From NCBI RefSeq assembly GCF_964213995.1, contig NC_135808.1:99882001-99946000 (forward strand): 64,000 nucleotides of DNA, given 5' to 3'. Each line of letters begins with the position of its first letter. Position 1 is the stretch's first letter. The notes beneath the pieces were generated by a model, which saw nothing but the letters and a program-made list of their open reading frames with translations, was not told the origin of the DNA and did not search any database. Position numbers and translations under genes: made by a program. Shown here in pieces: positions 1-10,045 of the stretch. The DNA comes from Mustelus asterias. Taxonomy: Eukaryota.

Positions 1-1152
1 TTTTAGAATAGAACACTAGGATGTAGGCCATCAGGTCCAGGGGATTTGCTGGATTGTAGTCTCTCAAGGTTTCTCTGGTACTTTTTCTCTGCTGATATTA
101 TCTTAATTTCCTCACCCTTTTGAGCACCTAGGTTACTGTCTTCTTTTTTGCTGTCTTGTGCTGTGAAGACCGACACAAAATGTTTGCAGTGTCAATGAAG
201 TGACCACTTTGCCAGTCTGTTCATGCCAACATGAGGCCTTGAGTCTTGTTGGCATTCAACAGCCTGCAGCTTGCTGTTTCTGGGAGGATGGGAAATTGGC
301 TGACTCCCATTCTGAGCCCAGCACCAGAGATGGTTCTGTTAGGAGTCACAAGTGGGCAGGGTTAATTTTAATCTAAGCTACCGAAGGAAAACCATCTGAA
401 TCAAATTGGCCACCCCACTAACCTCAATCAAAAACAGTCAATTGGTTGCTTTTGTTTTGTTTAATCGGAAAAGTGCTGCAGAAAGATTAAAAAATGGACA
501 TAAAGCAGTGACAGAAGAGATAGGAGAAGATGATCTCACCAGTATTTTTGTTGTGGATACTGCACTAGTTTAGCGACCCATATCAGAAGTTTGCATCCTT
601 CAATAAACCAGGCTACTGCTACATTATCTTTAAAAATCCAAATGGTACATGGACATCCTTCAAGGAAGAGTAACTACTTATTGATCCAGTGATTGATTCA
701 CACAAGATGAATTCCAACAAATATTGACCAAGATTTTGAAATGAGGTGAACAGTCATACTCCCAACTCATTAGCACAGTTCCAGATCTACACGTTTTCAA
801 GACAATGCTTTTGAAAAATTAAAAGATTTTCTTTCCTTTGTAGATTTAATTCTCTTTTGTTCTTATTCTCACTATTATTTGATCTATTTTAGTCATCAGA
901 AGTAAACATGCACCAATATACTCAAACTATGGAGCCTCCTGCTGTAATGGAGATGGCTTTGAGCTACTAAGGAACACAATGCATTATACAAATTAGGTCT
1001 GGTGAAACACTACACTGGCCTTCATGCATTGAACAATATATTACACACAAATACCCCTGGACTTAACAACAAGACAAGTGCCACTTTGTTTAAAAAAAAT
1101 GCTTGAAAATACTGCTACTGAAATACAGATAAATCCATTTCTTTGCACTTGC

Positions 1153-1239
1153 CTATATTGCTCATTAAACTTCGCAGCTTATGAACAAAGTGGCCAACCT
1201 CTGCATTACTCATTTTAGCACGTTCCTTCAAGTCAGCAC
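1153..1239 (-). CDS. ECHDC2: ECHDC2 coding exon 4 (GADLKERAKMSNAEVGHFVHKLRSLMSNI); gene continues beyond the left edge
   Basis: Crotonase-family motif (FCA)GADLKE. Acceptor ttctag at 1240-1245. 87 nt, phase 1/1, ending at a non-canonical AG|GCAAGT donor. Confidence 0.9.
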
Positions 1240-2097
1240 CTAGAAAATGAATTGGGGAAAGAGGAAGGGAAAATAATTTAGAAAACAATTTGACTAAGAA
1301 TAAAGAGATAACTTTTGTTGACACTGGCTTAAAAGAAGCAAAGAATAAAGCTTGGCAAGCAGTACATTCCACTGCAAATAAGCACCCAATGACTCTTCTG
1401 TGGTGCACACAATGCAATGATCAATATAGTCACTCAGAGTTAACACAGGATAAAAATCACCAGTAGTTGATCCAGTATTTAAAATTTTCTCATTGAAATG
1501 TTTTCAATTTAAACAACTTTCTAATGTCAGCAGCTTTCTAATACTCTGATCTGAAATGAGTTACCAAATCAAATCTCAGCCGTGTACATGGCATCTCGCT
1601 TCACCACCCACCAGAACCAATTTCTATAATGTGAGACAGAGTTAATATAGGCCATTACTAGACTGATCCTGAAAGGGGCAAGAAATGGCTTTGCATCCAT
1701 GGTCCTCACACAAGGAAGGAGTTTCACAGCCCACCTTGAATAAAGGAATCACACTGAGAAACTGTTGCACGCCTCGTTTGTTGGATCAAGAGTAGCAACA
1801 GGATAGCCTAAAGGTGGTGGGGAAATAGGTGAGAAACTAAAGAAAAAAAGGTATAGATCACTATGTTCAGATTTCAAACTCTGGAATTATTAGCCATCGT
1901 AAAAAGACTACTACTCGATAATTTAACACAATGACATTAAGGTCTATATACCTCAAAGTAAAATCTAGCACAGAACTAAGTACATTTAGTATATTTCAAT
2001 GTAATATTTTCAAGCCATGTTTTATTAATCATATCATCACCACTTGATTCTAATTAGGCTAGCTCGTCAACAATCAAATACTGATTGGTAATGTTGC

Positions 2098-2420
2098 CAT
2101 AGAATCCCTATAGTGCAGAAGGAGGCCATTCAACCCATCGAGCTTGCACCAACAACTGCTCCCACCCAGTCCCTATCCCCGTAATCCCACGTATTTACCC
2201 TGCCAGTCCCCCCCGACACTAAGGGGCAATTTAGCATGGTCAATCGACCTCGCCCGCACATCTTTGGACTGTGGGAGGAAACCGGACCACCCAGAGGAAA
2301 CCCACACAACACGGGGAGAACATGCAAACTCCACACAGACAGTGACCCAAGGCCGGAGTTGAACCCGAGTCCCTGACGCTGTGAAGCAGCAGTGCTAACC
2401 ACTGTGCTACCATGCTGTCC
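2098..2420 (-). mobile_element. HE1-type tRNA-derived V-SINE, CR1/HER1-like tail (type A)
   Basis: Pol III A/B-box head, V-domain, and 3' tail GATGGG..GAATGGCCTCCTTCTGCACT..GGATTCTATG. Confidence 0.85.
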
Positions 2421-2585
2421 TTTAAGTATCTACCATAAAGTTTAGAGCTCCAAAAATACAACAGTTTCCCAAATGCTGCAGGGTCTTGTATAGTTAGTAG
2501 AACTTTACATCACTGCAACAGGAACATGCTACCTACAGGCCAAGTGGATTCAAGTTACAAATGCCTCAGATTGTAGATCTCTTAC

Positions 2586-2673
2586 CTGCACAGAAGACTC
2601 CTTTGACTTGACTCTTAAACAGCAGCACACGCACACTTCTGTCTTGTCGCAAGTCTTCAACAGCTTCTTCAAG
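2586..2673 (-). CDS. ECHDC2: ECHDC2 coding exon 3 (LEEAVEDLRQDRSVRVLLFKSQVKGVFCA)
   Basis: Resembles recalled human ECHDC2 (LREDRQVRVLLFRSGVKGVFCAG). tttttag acceptor, gtaag donor, 88 nt. Not in the ORF track. Confidence 0.92.
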
Positions 2674-3497
2674 CTAAAAACAAGTAATCAGTTCCAGCTT
2701 TTCATTGCAGATCTTGTGAATACAGTCACGGATGAGGAAAATCAAAGTCCTCATAACGGAACTGGAAACACTCATGTCAAAGGGCTGCACCAAAATTGAT
2801 GATGATATCGGTACAGGTATTAAAGAGAAAACAGACAAAGGAAAAGGAAAAAGTGTGAGCAAGGAGAAAGAGAGAAGAAAGCATGCAAACATGTATGATA
2901 CAGATTAACAGAGTAGGTCTTTGTTTAATATATATTTTGTCAAACGTGAGTTAACAAATGCCAACATGCTCTGCTCCAGATTTTCCTGGAGTTTAGTTTA
3001 GCATTGTAGGGACCACTGAAAGGCCTAACAAAATAGGAGACTATGCAGTAAATGACTTGCATCATTAATTATGAAGCTCCATATATTCCTGGGACCCTTT
3101 TGGAACCCTGTGTTCACCCTTTTGGAAAACAGTGATAATTATCAAAGTTCCTTCGACCCCATCCCCAATTAACAATAAATGGTTTTATTGGATTGACATC
3201 AGTTTAAATCCATGTCCCATTTACACATATCTCAGCTTGTTGATATTCAGAGATCTGGTTCAAGTTAGAGATTACCCTACAAAGAGACAGCTGCACTAAA
3301 AAGAGCCCTTCCCAAACTTCAGCTCATAAAATCCAAAAAATCAAAGAAGAATTAAGTGGAAATAGGACTGAATTACTTTTGTTCCAAGCAGCAAATGTGA
3401 CTTTGGTCATAGATGGCGTTGGGGCACAGGTTAGATACTCCAAGAAAAAAACTCTCTGTTAAGACAAGTGACAACACAGTGATAGAACTGCACATAC

Positions 3498-3565
3498 CTG
3501 CTTAACAAACACATTTCCTAGGGAATTTTTTGCACGAGATCTGTTCATCAAAACTGTTGCAATTC
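3498..3565 (-). CDS. ECHDC2: ECHDC2 coding exon 2 (GIATVLMNRSRAKNSLGNVFVKQ)
   Basis: Resembles human GITEILMNRPSARNALGNVFV. ttcag acceptor, gtatg donor, 68 nt, phases fit exons 1 and 3. Confidence 0.92.
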
Positions 3566-3667
3566 CTGAAAGAAAAACATTAAATGAACGGACTTCATGA
3601 TTGCAAACATCAATTTTGTTTAGCGCTGTAACTCGTGACTCATCTTTCATTCCCTCACCCTGCAGTA

Positions 3668-3918
3668 TGTGGTGAACCACTGTTACTACATGTATGTACC
3701 TGGACACACCCATGCTGCACCTGGCCCGAGACTCCTCCCTTTCCACCTGGGACTCCTCCCTTTCCACCCAGAGTGGGGTATAAAGGTGATGGTCCCTCCT
3801 CCTTGCCTCAGTTCAGACCAGGTCAGCTACAAGGGTGTGCTCCTGTTCTCTGTGAATAAAAGCCTATTAGTTTTCCCTCACTCTCAGAAGTCTCCGCGTT
3901 GTAATTGATAGTGCATCA
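3668..3918 (+). mobile_element. Solo LTR, copy 1
   Basis: TGTGGTGAACCACTG...TATAAA...AATAAA...GTGCATCA, flanked by perfect 5-bp TSD CAGTA. Confidence 0.9.
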
Positions 3919-3934
3919 CAGTATAAATATCGCC

Positions 3935-4086
3935 CACTTTCTCTGCCTTTTAGCTTTGACAGAGGGTCATCTGGACTCGAAACGTCAACTCTTTTCTCTC
4001 CTTACAGATGCTGCCAGGCCTGCTGAGATTTCCCAGCATTTCTCTCTTGGTTTCAGATTCCAGCATCCGCAGTAATTTGCTTTTAT
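3935..4086 (+). mobile_element. Penelope-like terminal repeat fragment (family A) with degenerate hammerhead motif
   Basis: GGGTC-ATCTG-GACTC-GAAAC-GTC-AACT followed by the cagatgctgcc..cctgctgag..ccagcatt segment also found at the end of the GIY-YIG element (~33170-33218). Confidence 0.7.
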
Positions 4087-4207
4087 CAATTTTGCTGTTG
4101 CACATACATTTTGATGTTAATTCTCAAAAAGGTTTACGTAGCTACTGGCATTGCATGATTTAGGCATAACTAACGCAGTGCGGGCAAGGGGCTGTGCATA
4201 GAAGTAA

Positions 4208-4470
4208 AAAGTTAAAGTTTATTTATTAGTCACAAGTAAGGCTTACATTAACACTGCAATGAAGTTACTGTGAAATTCCCCTAGTCGCCCCACACCTAAC
4301 CAGCACGTCTTTCAGAATATGTGAGGAAACCGGAGCACCCGAAGGAAACCCACGCAGACATGGGGAGAACATGCAAACTCCACACAGACAGTGACCCAAG
4401 CCAGGAATCGAACCCGGGTCCCTGGCGCTGTGAAGCAGCAGTGCTAGCCACTGTGCTACTGTGCCACCCA
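4208..4470 (-). mobile_element. V-SINE type B (alternative tail)
   Basis: Same head as HE1, but the tail is GGCGACTAGGGG..TTCACAGTAACTTCATTGCAGTGTTAATGTAAGCC..CTTGTGAC..AATAAA. Confidence 0.85.
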
Positions 4471-5249
4471 CAGACCACTTTCAAATCCAGATTTGTTCAG
4501 CTTCCACTCTTTCAAGCATTCGTGGTGGAGTGCCTCACATTAATCTTCTATAAATGGAAGAAATTAAAAGCTTTTCACAAGACGATGCTTTGCCTGAGCT
4601 CTATCCATTCAACTTCAAATAAGAAAATTTTCTAACTTTCTTCATCTAGAAGGTTGTGTTTTAACATTTAAACTGCAGGGAATATGTTCTCTTTTCAGTG
4701 CCAACACCAGCTACTGAAGGAAATGCAAATGTCGCTACAGCAGCAAAAGCTGTGTTGTAAACTAATGTTAATATTGATGTTTACTTTTAGGATAAACCAA
4801 AGCAAACAAAAAAAAATTATACAGGGAAATTTACTAGACCAAAATTTTCCTTTAGGCATCAACCTTAGATCTGTGGCAGCATGCTTGCTTCCACATCAGA
4901 AGGTGTTCAGTGCCTGCTGTGGACTTGAGCATATTGGCCCGGATTTTGCAGTCACAGCTATCCATTGGTGCTCATTGTTCATTATGCCTACAGCTGACAA
5001 CAGACCTTTTCAGTAACAACTTACGATCGTATGGTGTCTAACACAGCGTGCCTGCCCTTTACAAGGCATCTAGAACCCGAGTAAGATAAACAACATGTCT
5101 CTTCAACCAGATTCGAGAATCCTCACGCAGAAATACAGAGTCTAAACCAGGAAGTGAAAATTTAATGTAAACTTTTCGCGGGAAGCAACATCAAGAATGA
5201 CAATTAAAGATGATGGGACAGGAGGAAAAAGCAAGATAAATAAAAACCA

Positions 5250-6380
5250 CAAGAAATGGAAAGAGGAGTAGGCTACCAGGCCCTTCAGGCCTACCCTGCC
5301 ATTCAATACAATCATGGCTGATCGATGTCGGCCTCAACTCCTTTTCTGTGCCATTTCCCCATAGCCCTCTGTTCCTTGATTTATTAAGTATTTATCCATC
5401 TCCACTTTGAATACTTCTAATGATCCAGCCTTCACCACCCTTTGGGGATGAGAATTCCAGATATTCACCACCCTCTGCGAGAAGAAATTTCTACACACCT
5501 CAGTTTTAAATGACCCTTTATCTTGTAGCCATGTCCCTTTGTTTGAGACTCTCCCACTAGTGAAAACATCTCACCATCTACCCTGTTAAGCCCCCTCAGT
5601 GGCTTATTGTCTGAATAAGAATTTTAAACTCCAAGGAATATAGACACAGACTATTTAGTCTCTCTTGGTAGGACAACCCTCTCATCCCAGGAATTAGCTG
5701 GGTGAATCTCCTTTGGACTGCCTCCAATGTTACTATATCCTTTTTCAGGTAAGGGGACCAAAACTGTACGCAGTATTCCAGGTGAGGCCTCACTGCACCC
5801 TGTACAGTTGCAACAAAATATCTCTATTTTTAAATTCCAACCCCTTTGCAATAAAGATTAAAATGTTGTTTGCCTTCTTAACTACTTGTTGGACCTGTCT
5901 GTTAGCTTTTGTGATTCATGCAGTAAAACACCTAGATCCCTCTGCACTTCACTCACCTGCAGTCTCTCTCCATTTAGATAATAATCTGCCTTTTGATTCC
6001 TCCTACCGAAATGCATGATCTCACAATTTCCCACATTAAACTCCACTTGCCAGGATTTCACCCAGTCAACCTATATCCTGTTGCAGAATTGCAATGTCTT
6101 CATTACAACATGTCCTTCCACCTATCTTCGTATCATCGGCAAATTTTGTTCCTTCCTCCAGATCATTAATGTAAATAGTGAACAATTGTGTGCCAAGAAC
6201 TGATCCCTACGGTGCTCCACTAGCTATATCTTTTCCAACTCTTTCTTTTCTATGTGACAGCCAGTTTTCAATCCATGTTAACACACTTCCTCCAATTCAA
6301 TGGGCTTTTACTTTATGCACCAGCTTCTTATGCGGCACCTTGTCAAATGCTTTTTGGAAATCTAAATACACTACATCCTT
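5250..6380 (-). mobile_element. Decayed CR1-type LINE 3' fragment
   Basis: ORF 5596..5793 RPHLEYCVQFWSPY..VQRRFT, plus CR1 3' UTR. Confidence 0.85.
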
Positions 6381-6675
6381 TTTAACTCTCCAACAATAAT
6401 TAAAGACTGAAAGATTATGACTCTACATTATAAGAGTTAATTGCAGTAAATAAGATTTGCACAATGTTAAAAAGTCACTGACGCTTTAATGAACGAGCCC
6501 AATTTTTTTCTGGTGAGCTTAGCAGGTAATTAGTGGGAAATCACCTTACTTGTAAGTGAAAGCTCCAACTCTTAGCGAGATGCTAGTGCAGCAAAGTGCA
6601 ATTTGGACAGCAACTTCCTGGTTTGAGGGTTGGATTGTTATTATGAAGCAACTCCTGCAAATGAACGTTGGTAGC

Positions 6676-6912
6676 TGTGATAAACCACTGTTAGCTTATT
6701 GCCTGTGTGTGTGACATGCCTGGACACGTCCCTGCCGGCCCCGCCCGGGACTCCTCCCCCCCCCTGGTCCAGGTATAAAGGTGACTGCTCCCCACCCCCT
6801 GCCTCAGTCTCTGGACCAGTTCATCGGCATGGGTGTGCTCCAAGTCTTTTGCTAATAAAAGCCTATTTGTTCTTGCATACAAACTAGTCTTTGCTTGATT
6901 GATGGTGCATCA
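6676..6912 (+). mobile_element. Solo LTR, copy 2
   Basis: TGTGATAAACCACTG...TATAAA...AATAAA...GTGCATCA, with perfect TSD GTAGC. Confidence 0.9.
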
Positions 6913-6944
6913 GTAGCTTCTCTTTTATTCGTAATACAAAATAT

Positions 6945-7269
6945 GGGCCATGAGGCAGCACAGTGGTTAACACTGCTGCCTCACAGCGCTAGAGACCCGG
7001 GTTCAATTCTCGGCTTGGGTCCCTGTCTGTGTGGAGTCTGCACGTTCTCCCCGTGTCTGCGTCAGTTTCCTCCGGGTGCTCCGGTTTCTCCCACAGTCCA
7101 AAGATGTGCGGGTTAGGTTGATAGGCCATGATAAATTGCCCCTTAGTGTCAGGGGGGTTAGCAGGGTAAATATATGGGGTTGCAGGGATAGTGTCTGGGT
7201 GGGATTGTCATTGCAGGCTCGATGGGCCAAATGGCCTCCTTCTGCACTGTAGGGATTCTATGATTCTAT
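6945..7269 (+). mobile_element. HE1-type V-SINE (type A)
   Basis: Full head, V-domain and (GATTCTAT)n tail. Confidence 0.85.
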
Positions 7270-7839
7270 CCAGACTGACGGTTCAGCGCAGCACTGCACT
7301 ATCAGAGGTGCTATCTTAAGGTGGAATATTAAATCTTGGGCCATATGCCCTCCACACAGAGACGGATGTAATATATCCCACACAGCTCCTTGAAAGGGAA
7401 CAGCGACAGCCTCCAGTCCAATGGAAAAGTTAAATCTTATTTGCCAACCAATGTCATCAAAATAGTTAATCTAACCAAAAGATAAATAGTGCAGTTCCTG
7501 GAATTCTGAAATAAAGATAATGAAGATTGGAAATACTCAGTAGGTTGGATACAGAAAGAAACCTGTTAATGCCTGTGACCTTTCATCAAATGATCCAGTT
7601 ACTTGCCTCTTCCTATTTCTAGGATTCTGTTGTGTATAAATTGGCAGCAATATTACAACAATGACTGTGTTCAACAGGACTTAATTGGTTTTGGGCAGTC
7701 CTAAAGGACGCCAGATAAATGCAAACCTTTTTTAAAATCGGAATTATGAATTTACCGAAGGGAAACATCACCATCCCAGACTCAGGTAGAAACACTAAGG
7801 TGGACATTCGCACTCCAAGTCCTCCAGGGTCTGGATGGC

Positions 7840-7975
7840 GTAGGACTGGGGTGGGTACAGTAACAAGTCTCACAACATCAAGTTAAAGTCTTGAAGGAGC
7901 AGCGCTCCGAAAGCTGGTGGTACCAAATAAACCTTTTGGACTTTAACCTGGTGTTGTGAGACTTTTTACCGTGCC
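7840..7975. mobile_element. Penelope-like terminal repeat family B, inverted arrangement with partial hammerhead
   Basis: agtctcacaaca..gttaaagtc is inverted against gactttaacctggtgttgtgagact and encloses TGAA-GGAGC-AGC-GCTCC-GAAA-GCT. Confidence 0.65.
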
Positions 7976-8049
7976 CTTCAGGGTCAGGGACGCAAAAGTT
8001 ATACACCATTGCGGCAGCAATAGCAAAACACCAGAAACCAATCCCTCAC

Positions 8050-8284
8050 CTGAGTTCTCTCCCTGTAAACGCTGTATCTGGATTTCGGGAGCGCCACCAG
8101 TCCCCGAGCATCGCCTTCTGCTGACAGCCAAGGACGGGACTGGACTCCAGCCGCTGCCCAGCCCTTCACTGGTTAAAGAGGTCACAGCAGTCTGCGGAGA
8201 CCTCCCTACACCGGACCGAGCGAGGGCAGCCCTGCCACGGGCGGCCAAACATCCCACAGAAAGGATTTTCCTCATCACTGACAT
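8050..8284 (-). CDS. ECHDC2: ECHDC2 coding exon 1 with Arg/Ser/Ala-rich mitochondrial presequence (MSVMRKILSV...APEIQIQRLQGENS)
   Basis: ATG at 8284, gtgag donor at 8049-8045, 235 nt (phase 1). The end resembles human EIQVRALAGPDQG. Lies in a CpG-rich zone. Confidence 0.85.
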
Positions 8285-8420
8285 TTGCTGCAAAGCACTG
8301 CGGAAGTGAAATTGGCAAACGATACATTCAGTGGGAAGCGAGTTGTAAAGAGGAAATCCCGCCTCCGCGCCCACCGCGTTGGATACAGAGTAGCGCCCCC
8401 CCCCCCCTGTCCATTTGTGT
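8285..8420 (-). promoter_or_regulatory. CpG-rich ECHDC2 promoter/5'UTR
   Basis: Local CpG enrichment, ETS-type GCGGAAGTG (~8300) and GC-box-like TCCCGCCTCC (~8357). Confidence 0.55.
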
Positions 8421-9269
8421 CTGAGATGGGGTGGTATAAAATCAAACAAGACACCAGCTGGCCAAGTTTGTTACTGTGGAAAAATGTTGGAATCCATTAT
8501 TAAGGAAGGAATGGCAGGCCATTTGGAAAATAATATAATCAAGCCAATCTGACTTTGTGTGAAAGGGAAATTGTGTATTGACAAATTTATCATAAGAGTT
8601 CCCAATATATTAGATTTCCCCGTCTTCGGTGGATGAGTGTTCAGTAAAGAAAATACTTGTTCACAGTTTCTGCGGTTAAATAAAAGCAAAATACTGGGGA
8701 TGCTGGAATCTAAAACTAAAGCACACATGCTGCCAGACCTCCCAAGTTTTGCCAGTATTATTCTGTTTTTGTTACAGTTTCTGTTGATGCAGACCGAATG
8801 ATCAGGTGAGAACGCAACGACTCGGCTATAAAGGAGGCCATGTGGCAGGAGCGTGGGCAGAGCACAAGTGTTGAAAATCTACTAACAAAGCTGAAAGAAA
8901 ATTACATCACAGGGACAGGCCCTTCGGCCCTCCAAGCCTATACTGACTATGCTGCCCGTCTGAACTAAAACCTTCTACCCTTCAAAAACAAATTTAAAAA
9001 GTGTGTTGTTACTCCTTTTCATCCTCCTCCTCCTGTGGTGGAGATTGTAGGTGGCTCACTAAAAGCTTGCACTCACAGCACCAGCCATGGAGGATCGGTC
9101 CCGAAGGGCACCCCCACATGTACTCAGACCATTGGTGTTCTCGACCCCGCCTGGCCCTCACTCACTGTTAAAGAGCTTGATGATGTCAGTGAACCACTAA
9201 GTTAATAAATAAACTAGTCTTTGTTGAAAGTCCTTGCTATCAGTGATTCAGGAACCCATTACATTTAGT

Positions 9270-10045
9270 TACAGTATCGTGCATGACGATAGGCCAATCT
9301 TAATTTGCATAACTGATTGCAAATACTGCATATGAAGTCATTGTTGGAGGGATGAATGGAGGCATTGGCTTTGTGTCACACTTGCTTTGCCAGAAGGCAC
9401 TTGACTGTGTTCTCCTCAAATGTCAAAATCACTCGATGACTGCGATTGTTTATTTTCCCATGTATCAAGGTCCAGTTTGCAAGTTCTGAGATTGGTGTTC
9501 AGATTGCCTTTGTATCAAAGTTTGGGATGTCCTGTGGTGTGGGTCCCCATACTCATCATACTGCCTTTGGTGTGTGGGAATCCTCCATGCAAAGCACATG
9601 ACCAATCCAGCAAAACTGACGTGCATGCTCTTGAGGCCAGGTATGCAACACTGCAAGAACCTCGGTGTTGGGAGTTTTGTTCTGCCACCTGAAGTTACAA
9701 ATAGATCTCAGACAGCAAAGTTGGAATGCATTTCGTTGCTTTATGTGATGCTGGGCATGTTTTTTTAACCAAGTGGGGCACCCATGAAGAAGTGATGTAA
9801 GAACGACTGCCTGGTCAACTAAGATCTTTGTTCTGAGGCAAACCCTATGCTTTTCCTAAAGTCTGAGTGAGTCTGCCAAACACTGTGCTTGTTTTTAGCA
9901 GGCATTGGTTCATTGTGTCATCCTGCCCAGTGTTACTGGAGAGGAGGCTACCAAGATAGCAAAACTTCTGTACTGATTGAGGGGGCGTGTTCTGGATAGT
10001 GACTATGGAGTCTTTGAGTATGAGGCTGTACCAGCTAAAGACAAG
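9270..10045 (-). mobile_element. Decayed RTE-type LINE 3' region
   Basis: VQKFCYLGSLLSS...STVFGRL (ORF 9845..10093) and a C-terminal FICSICNQLCK zinc-finger remnant near 9290-9340. Confidence 0.65.

Noticed and set aside
2130-2461. Recurring ORFs such as MVAQWLALLLHS.RD.GS / MVSTAASQRQG (also at 4265, 6895, 21842, 22733, 29095, 52473)
   Set aside because: They are translations of V-SINE copies, not a protein family.
6945-7020. tRNA-like A/B boxes
   Set aside because: SINE heads; no complete cloverleaf or acceptor stem, so not called tRNA genes.
7943-8449. 168-aa ORF as a single-exon gene
   Set aside because: Only 8050-8284 is ECHDC2 exon 1; the rest is UTR/promoter and intron read-through.
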